Assembly: GCA_026991575.1 (NCBI GenBank)
Contig: JALXBF010000136.1
Coordinates: forward strand, 1 to 45,905
Length of the DNA: 45,905 nt
Source: Planctomycetota bacterium
GTDB taxonomy: Bacteria > Planctomycetota > Planctomycetia > JALXBF01
Direction of reading: 5' to 3'
Of this stretch, positions 19,237 through 28,108 are shown in pieces. Position numbers and translations under genes: made by a program. How positions within the stretch are numbered: position 1 is the first letter of the stretch; the number at the start of each line of letters is the position of its first letter. The notes below the pieces were generated by a model, which made no database searches, was not told where the DNA came from, and saw nothing but the letters and a program-made list of their open reading frames with translations.

Positions 19237-19776
19237 ATGAACCGCTCCGTGCTCGCTCACCGCATAGCCCGCGCTTCGCGCCTGAGCGGCCAGTTCCGCC
19301 TGCGCTCGGGCAAGACAAGCAACGTGTACTGGGACAAGTACCGGTTCGAGAGCGATCCGGTGCTGCTGGCTGCCATCACCGACCAGCTCCTTCAGCTTGC
19401 CGCCCACTGCACCTTCGACCGCTATGCCGGGCTGGAGCTGGGCGGTGTGCCGCTGGCCACAGCTCTGTCGCTGCGTAGCGGCGTCCCGTGCGCGTTCGTG
19501 CGCAAGAAGCCGAAAGAGTACGGCACGTGCAACCTGGTCGAGGGTGGCGCCCAGCCGGGAGAACGCCTCCTGGTGGTCGAAGACGTCATCACCACGGCGG
19601 GTCAGGTCGTAGCTTCGGTCAGAGCGCTGCGCGAGCTGGGCTTTGAAATCACCGACGTGCTGTGCGTGATCGACCGCGAAGCCGGTGGTCGGGAGAAGTT
19701 GGCCGAGATCGGCTGCAAGCTTCATCCACTGTTCACCATGCGCGAACTGGAGGCCGCCTGGAACCAGACCACATGA
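19237..19776 (+). CDS. pyrE: Orotate phosphoribosyltransferase
   Basis: GQFRLRSGKTSNVYWDK, GLELGGVP, VRKKPKEYGT, PRPP motif VVEDVITTAG, VIDRE. ATG at 19237. Confidence 0.92.
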   Translation: MNRSVLAHRIARASRLSGQFRLRSGKTSNVYWDKYRFESDPVLLAAITDQLLQLAAHCTFDRYAGLELGGVPLATALSLRSGVPCAFVRKKPKEYGTCNLVEGGAQPGERLLVVEDVITTAGQVVASVRALRELGFEITDVLCVIDREAGGREKLAEIGCKLHPLFTMRELEAAWNQTT

Positions 19777-20041
19777 CCGGCCCGTACAAGGTTTGGGCAT
19801 CGCCAGGGATGCCCGCGTTGAGCAAGAGCGCAGCGTGGCGTTCGCGGCCGGCCGCAGCGAGGGTCATGAGCCGGTCATAGGAGTTGGCTCCCTTGCATCC
19901 CCCTAGATCACCGCCGCGCGCTGTCGGTGCCACTTCGTGCGTTGCTGTCAGGCACGGGCGAGCTAGGTTTCAGTAGGCGGGCGTTCCGGCCGCCTTCGAT
20001 GGCAAGTCCGGTTATGCGGAAGATGGGGGCTGAACTGGGGG

Positions 20042-20611
20042 ATGAGTAACGTGTCTGCGAAGCGTTCCCTACAGCGGCGCACGGCCTTCAGCCTGATCGA
20101 AGTCGTGGCCGCCACGGTCGTGGCCACCTTGCTGCTGGCCGGAGCAGCCGGATTCTTGTCCTTCTTTGCGCGCTGGTCTGCTCGGGCAAACGACCGCATC
20201 GAGCAAGCACTGGGAACGACCATTGCGCTGGAGCGACTGCATCTGGAGCTGCAGCAAGCAACGGCGTTCTACACCATCGAGCAAGCGGTTGTCGAGTTCC
20301 GCCACCCCGATCTAGACGGCGACGGCCAGGACGAGGTGATCCGCTGGTCCTGGAGCGGCACTGCGGGCGATCCCCTGGTCCGAACGGTTCTGCGGAACGG
20401 GGTGGTCCGACAGCAAGCCGACGCGTCGCCCCCTCTTAGCAACTTTTCCCTGGAATACTGGATCCGCCAGGAACAGGATCAGACCACGGGCAGCACGAAG
20501 CAGTACCTGGTACTCGTGCTGGCGACGGCTTCGGATACGCTCATCCCTGAGCCTCGTGAGTTTCGCAAGGCCACGGTGTTGCTGAACCGCGTGGACGTAA
20601 CGGGGCTATAG
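20042..20611 (+). CDS. Minor pilin/pseudopilin (PilW/GspJ-like)
   Basis: Class III signal peptide KRSLQRRTA|FSLIEVVAATVVATLLL. First gene of a four-gene minor pilin operon. Confidence 0.8.
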   Translation: MSNVSAKRSLQRRTAFSLIEVVAATVVATLLLAGAAGFLSFFARWSARANDRIEQALGTTIALERLHLELQQATAFYTIEQAVVEFRHPDLDGDGQDEVIRWSWSGTAGDPLVRTVLRNGVVRQQADASPPLSNFSLEYWIRQEQDQTTGSTKQYLVLVLATASDTLIPEPREFRKATVLLNRVDVTGL

Positions 20612-20613
20612 CG

Positions 20614-21156
20614 ATGCGCTTGCCTCAGCGTGCCGAGTCGCTGCGCCATTGCCGACCGGCTGGGCGGCGTGCAGCGCTGAGCTACTTGGAAACCATGGTC
20701 TCCGCGGCGCTGATCAGCATGGTGGTGATCGCTGCATGCCGCGTGCTTGCCGGGAGTGCGCACGGTTTGCTGGTCTCGGAAGCCCTGCTGCACGGCGCGC
20801 AGCTTGCGGACGAGCTGATGGCCGAGGTGCTCACGCAACCATACGAGGATCGGGACGAACCAGGTGGGTTCGGGTTGGAAGCGGGGGAGTCGGGCACGAG
20901 TCGCAGCGAGTTCGACGACGTCGATGACTACAACGGCTGGGACGCATCGCCACCGCAGGCAAAGAACGGCAAGCAGCTCGCTGGCTACGGGGGGTACCGC
21001 CGCACTGTCGTGGTCGAGCAGGTGTCGGACTCGGATCTGCAAACGGTGGTCCCTGTGGGGTCTAGCTCATTCAAGCGGGTCACGGTCTGCGTGTACTACG
21101 GCAGTCGGCTCGTGGCAAAACGGCAAGTGGTGATGAGTCGTAATGCGGAGAACTGA
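20614..21156 (+). CDS. Minor pilin/pseudopilin (PilV/GspI/MshD-like)
   Basis: RRAA|LSYLETMVSAALISMVVIA. A..LA.ELMAEV...PY and the FDDVDDYNG motif are MshD-like. Confidence 0.8.
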   Translation: MRLPQRAESLRHCRPAGRRAALSYLETMVSAALISMVVIAACRVLAGSAHGLLVSEALLHGAQLADELMAEVLTQPYEDRDEPGGFGLEAGESGTSRSEFDDVDDYNGWDASPPQAKNGKQLAGYGGYRRTVVVEQVSDSDLQTVVPVGSSSFKRVTVCVYYGSRLVAKRQVVMSRNAEN

Positions 21157-22438
21157 TCCAGCCAATCAGGGGCATGCTTCCCGTGACGGGATAGGGCCAG
21201 TCTGTTCGATGGTTCCGCGCGCCGGGGCCGTTACGTTCTTCCTGGTCATGGTGCTGGCGGCCCTCACCCTGGCCACCTCGATTGCCCTGGTTACCGGGAC
21301 TATGGCTGGGCGTGAGGCGTGCGCGGCATTGCAGGAGGGTGGTCAGTTTGATTGGACGCTGCGGTCGGGAATCCAGTGGGCGTTATGGCGTGTTTACGGT
21401 GATGCCAACTGGAGAACAACCTTGCCGGTCGGCCCTGACGACGCCTGGCTGACAGCCCCGATGAGCGTGGGTGGAACGACGTTTATGGTCTATGGCTTCG
21501 ATCCCGTGGACGGTGACTTCGCCGACGATCCTACGGATCCGGTAGCGCTGAGGGTGCAAGCGGCGCTGGGAGAGACAACGGCCGAGTGTACAGCAACGCT
21601 CGAACCGTATCCTCACCCGGCACTTGCTTATGCCGTGTTCTCATCGGAGAACCACATCCTGTTCAAGAACGGGCCGGTGCTTCAGGCTCCGGTGCGGGGC
21701 AACGCAGCGTTGGATGATGACGGTAAGACGGTCGTGGACGTCTCAGCCGGGGGCAGGCTTGAGACCGTTCAGGGCGCCTCGGTCAAGGGCAACCTCTTGC
21801 CGTACACTACGTTTGTGCCGCAGGCCATGCCGGAGGTGAAGCCGGATTTTGGCTGGTATGCTGCTCGCGCGACCGTGTTACCGGACACCTCAATCAGCCG
21901 CGCCTCGCTGACCGAGACGGCATTGATCATCGATGGCAACCGGTTCGCACCGAACCCGAACGGCATCTACTTGATCGACGGAGGATACGACTCCGTCAGC
22001 TTGAAGGACGTCTACCTCAGGGGCACGCTCCTGATCCGGCACGCCGAAGGCGTCTCTATCACCGGCGGCTTTCGCTGTGACATTGGACCACTCGGCGGTC
22101 CCACGCTCCTGGCCAGAACGATGGCGCGCACGATGGTGAAGATCGACATCAGTGTCGGGCAGCTGGACGAGGCGGCCGACCAGGTGGACTACAACGGGGA
22201 CGGCGATAGGCGGGACGTGATCCCGTGCCAGCTCACCGGCATGCTGTGGACCAATCGGAAGCTACAGCTTCAGCCCAGCGTTCCGATCGTCAGCGAGGGG
22301 CTGCTGGTGGGGAAGCACATTCACATTTACGGGCCCGTAGAGCTGCGGAAGTTCCCGGGTCAGGAAAGCTGGCGTCAGCCGGGCATGCTCGGGCCCGGAC
22401 TCCGTCTGCGTCCCGGCAGCGTGAGGCGAATCCGATGA
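21143..22438 (+). CDS. Large minor pilin (PilX/GspK-like)
   Basis: RAGAVTFFLVMVLAALTLA N-terminal helix without Glu5, SGIQWAL (PilX-like), and a large beta-rich C-terminal domain. Overlaps both neighbours. Confidence 0.7.
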   Translation: MRRTDPANQGHASRDGIGPVCSMVPRAGAVTFFLVMVLAALTLATSIALVTGTMAGREACAALQEGGQFDWTLRSGIQWALWRVYGDANWRTTLPVGPDDAWLTAPMSVGGTTFMVYGFDPVDGDFADDPTDPVALRVQAALGETTAECTATLEPYPHPALAYAVFSSENHILFKNGPVLQAPVRGNAALDDDGKTVVDVSAGGRLETVQGASVKGNLLPYTTFVPQAMPEVKPDFGWYAARATVLPDTSISRASLTETALIIDGNRFAPNPNGIYLIDGGYDSVSLKDVYLRGTLLIRHAEGVSITGGFRCDIGPLGGPTLLARTMARTMVKIDISVGQLDEAADQVDYNGDGDRRDVIPCQLTGMLWTNRKLQLQPSVPIVSEGLLVGKHIHIYGPVELRKFPGQESWRQPGMLGPGLRLRPGSVRRIR

Positions 22439-22965
22439 ACCGAGCACGGTCGCGACCGCTTCGCTCCGGTTTCACCTATGCCGACGTCATGGTCGCGCTC
22501 TTGATGGTGGCGATCCTGGCCGCCGTCGCCTGGCCTTCGCTTCATAGCTATGCGTCTCGCCAAAAGCTGGTCCAGGCGGGCCGGCGGCTGGCAGCCGATC
22601 TGCGCTGGTCGCGGTTGCGTGCGGTGCGCAAGCGGCAAACGATCACGGTGAGGTTCTCGATCCGCGAAAACAGCTACACCTTCCCAGGACAGGCCGACCC
22701 GCTCCGCAAGCAGACTCCGTACCGCGTGGTGCTAGGGACTTTCAGTCCCGGCGTCCGGATCGCCGCCGTCTCCTTTGCCAACCTCCGTCTAAGCTGGTCT
22801 CCGCAGGGGCTGCCGTCACAGGCTGGCGAGATCCTGCTGCGTTACGGCAGCTGGCGGATACGCGTCACCGTAAACCCAGCCGGCACGGTGAAACTTAGCG
22901 AGGTGTGGACCGAACAGAGCACGGCGTCTGACTCGACGCCGATGCCCATGCGCATTGGCCCATGA
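22435..22965 (+). CDS. Minor pilin/pseudopilin (FimT/GspH-like)
   Basis: ATG at 22435 (ATGA overlap). RSG|FTYADVMVALLMVAILAAVAWP, LAADLRWSRLRAV, SPQGLP, VNPAGTV. Confidence 0.82.
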   Translation: MNRARSRPLRSGFTYADVMVALLMVAILAAVAWPSLHSYASRQKLVQAGRRLAADLRWSRLRAVRKRQTITVRFSIRENSYTFPGQADPLRKQTPYRVVLGTFSPGVRIAAVSFANLRLSWSPQGLPSQAGEILLRYGSWRIRVTVNPAGTVKLSEVWTEQSTASDSTPMPMRIGP

Positions 22966-23092
22966 CGCTCGGCCGCGACGTGTCGGACAGCGGTTAGCTT
23001 CAGCGCTGGTCTCTGGTGAACGCGGCAGGCGGTGGCGGTACGACACTCTCGAAAGCCGTTCTGAAACGGGCAGACAGTGCTGTCGACGGCGA

Positions 23093-24601
23093 TTACTGTG
23101 TCTGGCCAGGAGCATGGACCGATACGACCGCTGCCGGTGTCTGCTGCTCAGCCGGCTCCTGACCTGGCGGCCGAACCGTTACCGGGACAGAGGCGTCCTG
23201 TTCCCACGTTTGGATTTCTTCGAACGAGACGTGGCCCTTTAGGTTCTCCGCCCAAACGACGAGCACATCATCCAGAGCACGGAAGAACGCATCCACAACG
23301 GTGCTGTCCCACTGCGTGCCGGCGCCTTCGCGCAGGATCGCGTAGATCTTCTCAAGCGGCATCCCCTGGCGGTACGGGCGGCTGCTGGCCATGGCGTCGA
23401 AGGAATCGGCCACGGCGATAATGCGGGCAATCAGAGGGATTTCGTTTCCTTTCAGCCCTTCCGGATAACCGCGTCCGTCGACGCGTTCGTGGTGGTACAG
23501 CACGCCGGGCAAGGCAAAGGAAAGCTTCTTCAGGTGGCGCAGGATGCGGTAACCCACGGCGGGGTGCTTCTTGATCTGATCGAATTCCTCCTCGGTCAGT
23601 CGTCCGGGCTTCAGCAATATGCTGTCCCGTACTCCGATCTTGCCCACATCGTGCAACAGGCCCGCCATGTAGACCTGGTCGCATTCCTCCTCGCTGAGCC
23701 CCATCTCCTCGGCGATGATGCGGGCGATCAACGCAACGCGTGCGCTGTGACCGCAGGTGTACGGATCTTTGGCGTCGATGGCCGACACCAGCGCCTGCAC
23801 CATCTTGAACATGAATTCCCGCTGTTCCCGCAGCAGGGCCATGTTGCTGGCGTGCACGCCGAGAATCTGGGCCGTCGTACGCAACAGCGACGCTTCCACT
23901 GTGCCGAACCCCTCCGGACACGTGCTGTTGACGGCGAGGATCCAGCCGTAGGTGGTCGTCCCGTAGACGATCGGGACAGCAATGGCAGACCGTACGCGGC
24001 CGCTGCCCAGTGCCAGCTGGTTGTTGAGCACGAGGCTACCGGCGCGGTGGCTGTCCGGATGTTCCCGAAGGGCCGCCAGGACTTCGTCTAAAAAGTTCTC
24101 CTCCTGCTTCGTGCCCTCACAATGCCAGCAGACGCGTTTAGCATCTTCGGTATGCTTCAGTGCAAGCGTCTCAGCCTGCAGCAATCTGTGCAACGACGGG
24201 GCAAGCTCACAGGCAATGTCCCATGTCGAGCGCTGCTCCTTAGACAGCTCCATGAGCACGGCCAGCTTGCGGAGGTAGTCGAGTTCCTCCAGCTGAAACG
24301 TCATCTGCTCGGCAAGGGCCCGGACCTGGTAGTCCTTCCGCTGGCTGGAGGAGGCTACTCGACTGACGAAGGTGAGCAGCTGCTCGATGATCGCTTGGAC
24401 CTGTTTCGGATCCGCTTCGAAGCTGACTTTCAGCGACACCCCTTCGCCGACTGGTACCGAGCAAGATAACGTTTCGCTCGTCCGAGTCGCTGCTGCCTGG
24501 TGCGGTCGTGCCAGCGACAGCGTTGAGTCTCCCTCTTCCAGCTCAAGGCACACGGTGCCGCAGCCGCGGAGCGTGTTCACCAACTGCTTCACGAAGTCCA
24601 T
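23093..24601 (-). CDS. GAF + HD-GYP domain c-di-GMP phosphodiesterase
   Basis: AIDAKDPYTCGHSARV, LLHDVGKIG, KPGRLT.EEF..IKKHP, HHERVDGRGYP, IIAVADSFDAM...RPYR. A GAF domain lies upstream (SAIAVPI...GWILAVN). Confidence 0.93.
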   Translation of the reverse strand: MDFVKQLVNTLRGCGTVCLELEEGDSTLSLARPHQAAATRTSETLSCSVPVGEGVSLKVSFEADPKQVQAIIEQLLTFVSRVASSSQRKDYQVRALAEQMTFQLEELDYLRKLAVLMELSKEQRSTWDIACELAPSLHRLLQAETLALKHTEDAKRVCWHCEGTKQEENFLDEVLAALREHPDSHRAGSLVLNNQLALGSGRVRSAIAVPIVYGTTTYGWILAVNSTCPEGFGTVEASLLRTTAQILGVHASNMALLREQREFMFKMVQALVSAIDAKDPYTCGHSARVALIARIIAEEMGLSEEECDQVYMAGLLHDVGKIGVRDSILLKPGRLTEEEFDQIKKHPAVGYRILRHLKKLSFALPGVLYHHERVDGRGYPEGLKGNEIPLIARIIAVADSFDAMASSRPYRQGMPLEKIYAILREGAGTQWDSTVVDAFFRALDDVLVVWAENLKGHVSFEEIQTWEQDASVPVTVRPPGQEPAEQQTPAAVVSVHAPGQTQ

Positions 24602-24663
24602 ACTACAGATCCGAGGCCAACTCAGGTTACCCTCAGTCGTCTGGTACCGCGAGCTGTTTGCTC

Positions 24664-24746
24664 AACTATAGCTTCCCGATGCGGTTGCGCCGCTGGTGTT
24701 TTTTTGACCGCTGTGGTTTGTCACGCCCAAGAGGGAAGCTATGGTT
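24664..24746. repeat. 14-bp imperfect inverted repeat in the divergent HD-GYP/pilin promoter region
   Basis: AACTATAGCTTCCC (24664-24677) and GGGAAGCTATGGTT (24733-24746) are reverse complements with 1 mismatch, separated by 55 bp. Confidence 0.75.
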
Positions 24747-24931
24747 TGATGACCGGCTCGAAGCCGGTTCATTCCCGGACCGGGTAGTCCAGCGGGAGAC
24801 AGCCGCTGGCCATTTCGCCGGGGGGCACGCATCGACCGGAAAGCGGTCGACCAGGGCTCTCGCGATCGGACAACAACGTGAGGTCGGGACAAGAGCAAGC
24901 GGCCAGGTCTTGAGCGTTTCGGAGGTGAGCA

Positions 24932-25447
24932 ATGCGGAGTCGTAAAGCGTTCACGCTCATCGAACTCGTGGCGGTGGTGCTGATTTTGGGCATCCTGGCA
25001 GCGATCGCCGCGCCGAAGGTGTTCCGCGGATCGGATGACGCCGGTGAAGCCGCGTTGCGACAAAACCTTGCGGTCATCCGCGACGCGATCGAGCTGTACG
25101 CTCTGGAGCACGGTGGCCGATTCCCGGGTTCCACTTCCGACGGCACCAACCCGGCCGGTACGGAAGCAGCATTCAAGAACCAGTTGCTCATGTACACGGA
25201 CGCCAACGGCAACGTCTCACCCACTCGCGACGCCGCCCATCCGTACGGTCCTTATCTGCGGAAGACGTTCCCTCCGGCCCCGGTCGGGCCCAAGAAGGGT
25301 TCCAACGATGTGGCGGTGGTGGGTGACGGACAGCCGCTGTCGGGTGACAACACGACCGCCTGGAAGTACGACTACACGACCGGCGAGTTCATCCTCAACA
25401 GCAACGCGGTCTCCAGTGACGGTACCACCACGTATGACGACTTCTAG
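24932..25447 (+). CDS. Major pilin/pseudopilin (PilA/GspG-like)
   Basis: Strong RBS GGAGGTGA. MRSRKA|FTLIELVAVVLILGILAAIAAP, L..IRDAIELY..EH.GRFP, YGPYL, W.YD..TG. Confidence 0.9.
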   Translation: MRSRKAFTLIELVAVVLILGILAAIAAPKVFRGSDDAGEAALRQNLAVIRDAIELYALEHGGRFPGSTSDGTNPAGTEAAFKNQLLMYTDANGNVSPTRDAAHPYGPYLRKTFPPAPVGPKKGSNDVAVVGDGQPLSGDNTTAWKYDYTTGEFILNSNAVSSDGTTTYDDF

Positions 25448-25538
25448 CTCGGTTCGCTCGTGACGATCGTAGGGATTTTGTCGACCGTACGGCGGTGGCT
25501 GCCGATAGTTGCCAATGGGGGTGCCCCGGAGGACCGGG

Positions 25539-25925
25539 ATGAAGGTGTTGATTGCCGAGGACAATCCGGCCCTGGCGGCGGTGCTAGAGTTTAATCTGGC
25601 GAAGGTCGGTGCGGAGGTAACCTGGGCGGCCGACGGCCAGACGGCGATCGAAGAGTTGCAGCGGACAGCGTTCGACCTGGTCATTACCGATTACCAGATG
25701 CCCGGTGCAACCGGTGTGGAAGTCCTGGAGGCGGCACGAGCGGACGGTCCCAACACGACAACCCCGGCAATCCTGCTGACCGCTCGCGAATTGGAGCTGG
25801 ACGTGGCCGCGTTGCGCGAACGGCTTGGGCTGGCCGCCGCGTTGCCCAAGCCGTTTAGCCCGCGTGAGGTGGTCGAGCTGTCACAGCGGCTGGCGACCCA
25901 GCGGACGCCTCAGCCACACGCGTAA
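25539..25925 (+). CDS. Single-domain CheY-like response regulator
   Basis: RBS GGAGG. MKVLIAEDN, phosphoacceptor in LVITDYQMP, ILLTA, KPFS. Confidence 0.92.
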   Translation: MKVLIAEDNPALAAVLEFNLAKVGAEVTWAADGQTAIEELQRTAFDLVITDYQMPGATGVEVLEAARADGPNTTTPAILLTARELELDVAALRERLGLAAALPKPFSPREVVELSQRLATQRTPQPHA

Positions 25926-25940
25926 CATCGGCGGAGAACG

Positions 25941-27749
25941 ATGGCGGCACGGAGCGCCACGATACGACGACGCATCATCGCTTGCTTTGTCCTTAGCGGC
26001 GCGATCATTGCCATCGGTTCTGCTCTGGGCACTGTCCAGTTGGCCCGCTCGGTCTTGGCCGACCATCGCGTGGAAACGGCGCTGAACCGACTCGGTTGGG
26101 CGGCCCGTCAACTGGAGCAGGCGTACGCTCAGGGTGGCATCGAAGCGGTGCGCAATAAGCTGCCCGAGATCCGCCGCACCACGCTCGCGCTCTACTGCGG
26201 GGTCGCCAATCCCGACGGCACCTACGTCGCCCACACCATCCCCAGTCGTATCGGCGAGCCGATGGAAAGCCACGACGGAAGGCTTCAGCGGTGGGGCAAC
26301 ATTCAGCGTGTGCGCTTCAGCAGTGAACAGGGGCCGGTCGAAGAGTACCGACTGCCGCTGCGCCATCGAGGCCGCTTCATCGGCACGTTCTGCATGGCCG
26401 TCCGCCTGCCATCGTTTCGAGCACTTTCCTGGCAGCTGCTCCGCAAGCCCGCTCTGCTGCTGGCCGTGCCCCTGCTGGTCACCTTGCTGGGTGGTCTCTG
26501 GCTGACCCGATCCCTGGGGAGCACCGCCGCGGTTATTGCCCAGTTGGAAACGCTGGCCGACAGCGACGCGCCCCAGGCGAACCGGCTGGTAACGGTCCGA
26601 CCACAGGACCGCGCCACCATCGGCTGGAACCGGCTGGTCCGCCAGCTCGGGCGGGGGTCAGCCGCTGAGGGGACCAGCAGCGTCGCCGACGCACTGAAAC
26701 GCTACCAGGAATACCGCAGCAACGAAGTGCTCAACAGTCTCCCGGACGGCATCGCGGTCACGGACGCAGCAGGACGGGTACGTACCGCAAATACGGCATT
26801 CGCTTCGTTGGTGGGCCGCAGTGAGGATCAGGTGCGTGGGGAGGATATCCACGTGCTGCTGAATCTGCGAGCCCATCCGGACGTGCTCGCCCGGTTTCGC
26901 GATGAACACACGCTGGGTCGTCAGGTCACGGCCGAGCTGGAAGAGGACCGGGGCGGCAACGTGATCACGCTGAGGATCCAGCGGCTGCCGCTGCGGACCG
27001 GCTCGGACGAGGGCTACCTGTGGATCGTTCGGGACGTGACCCAGCAGGTACTCGCCCAGAAGATGAAGACGCAATTCGTCTACGCCGCCACTCACGAACT
27101 GCGTACCCCGCTGTCCAACATTCGCGCCTATGCCGAGACGCTGGCGCTGGCCGAAACGCTGGACACGGCCAAACAGCGTGAGTTCTGCAACATCATCAAC
27201 AGCGAAGCTATGCGGCTAGAGAAGCTGATTGAGGACTTGCTGAACCTCAGTCGGCTTGAAGCGGCCGCGTTGAGCCTGAACGTCGGACCGGTCGACCTGC
27301 AGCGGCTCGTTGAGGAGGTTATTACGAACATCCGGCCTACGGTGGAGAAGAAGCGGCAGAAGTTGCGGGTGCGGCTGCCGGAGAAGTACTTCCCGGCCAC
27401 GCTCGACAAGGACAAGATCATTGTCACGCTGGTCAACTTGCTGGGCAACGCCGTGAAGTACACTCCAGAGGAAGGCGAAATCCGCTTCGAGGTGTATCAG
27501 ACCGAGAGCCACATCCGCTTTGTGGTGGAAGACACCGGAATCGGGATCGCGCCGGAGGATCTTCCTCACGTGTTTGAGAAGTTCTATCGCAGTCGCGACC
27601 CACGCGTGGCCAAGATCTCCGGTTCAGGTATTGGCCTGGCACTGGCAAAAGAGATTGTCGAGCTACACGGTGGTCGAATCACCGTCGAAAGCGAGCTCAA
27701 TCGGGGCACGCGGTTCACGGTGGTACTGCCAGCGGTGGCGGCTTCGTGA
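25941..27749 (+). CDS. Membrane-bound PAS sensor histidine kinase
   Basis: Two TM helices around a periplasmic sensor, PAS (LNSLPDGIAVTD), H-box THELRTPL, N-box NLLGNAVKYT, G1 DTGIGI, G2 GSGIGL. Confidence 0.93.
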   Translation: MAARSATIRRRIIACFVLSGAIIAIGSALGTVQLARSVLADHRVETALNRLGWAARQLEQAYAQGGIEAVRNKLPEIRRTTLALYCGVANPDGTYVAHTIPSRIGEPMESHDGRLQRWGNIQRVRFSSEQGPVEEYRLPLRHRGRFIGTFCMAVRLPSFRALSWQLLRKPALLLAVPLLVTLLGGLWLTRSLGSTAAVIAQLETLADSDAPQANRLVTVRPQDRATIGWNRLVRQLGRGSAAEGTSSVADALKRYQEYRSNEVLNSLPDGIAVTDAAGRVRTANTAFASLVGRSEDQVRGEDIHVLLNLRAHPDVLARFRDEHTLGRQVTAELEEDRGGNVITLRIQRLPLRTGSDEGYLWIVRDVTQQVLAQKMKTQFVYAATHELRTPLSNIRAYAETLALAETLDTAKQREFCNIINSEAMRLEKLIEDLLNLSRLEAAALSLNVGPVDLQRLVEEVITNIRPTVEKKRQKLRVRLPEKYFPATLDKDKIIVTLVNLLGNAVKYTPEEGEIRFEVYQTESHIRFVVEDTGIGIAPEDLPHVFEKFYRSRDPRVAKISGSGIGLALAKEIVELHGGRITVESELNRGTRFTVVLPAVAAS

Positions 27750-27770
27750 GCGTAGTGGGGCGGAAGGGCG

Positions 27771-28106
27771 ATGGTACGAAGCAGTCGGCAAGGTGCCGTG
27801 TGGGTCATTGCGCCGAGCGGCGCGGTGGCTGACGAGTTGCTGGATGAGCTTCGTGCGCGGTTGGCCGAGGCGGCTGGCAGCAGCAGCCCGCGCGTCGTGC
27901 TCGACTTCAGCGCTGCAACTCTGATCAACAGCGCCGCGCTGGAGGCACTGCTGGATGCTCAGGAGGAGTGTCGTGCCCGAGGGGGGGACGTTAAGGTCGC
28001 CTGCCTCTCGGAATTGCTCACGGACGTGTTCCGAGTTACCGGACTGGACAGCCAGTTCGACGTGTATGCCAACGTGCCGGCTGCGATCGGGAGTTTTGCC
28101 GCTTAG
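27771..28106 (+). CDS. STAS domain protein (anti-sigma factor antagonist-like)
   Basis: VVLDFS...INSAALEALL (conserved phospho-Ser position), GGDVKVA, VFRVTGLD..F.VY. Confidence 0.88.
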   Translation: MVRSSRQGAVWVIAPSGAVADELLDELRARLAEAAGSSSPRVVLDFSAATLINSAALEALLDAQEECRARGGDVKVACLSELLTDVFRVTGLDSQFDVYANVPAAIGSFAA

Positions 28107-28108
28107 CG

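Noticed and set aside
24730..24900. Canonical c-di-GMP-I or -II riboswitch upstream of the pilin
   Set aside because: GGGAAGCTATG and a GAAA-loop hairpin are suggestive, but the other conserved blocks (GCAAA/CTAA for class I, GGGCAC/GTGCAACC pseudoknot for class II) are not in the right arrangement. Kept only as an unclassified structured leader.
25481..25508. Sigma-28 promoter (GCCGATAG) upstream of the response regulator
   Set aside because: The -10 matches well but there is no convincing TAAA/TCAAG -35, and the motif is short for GC-rich DNA.
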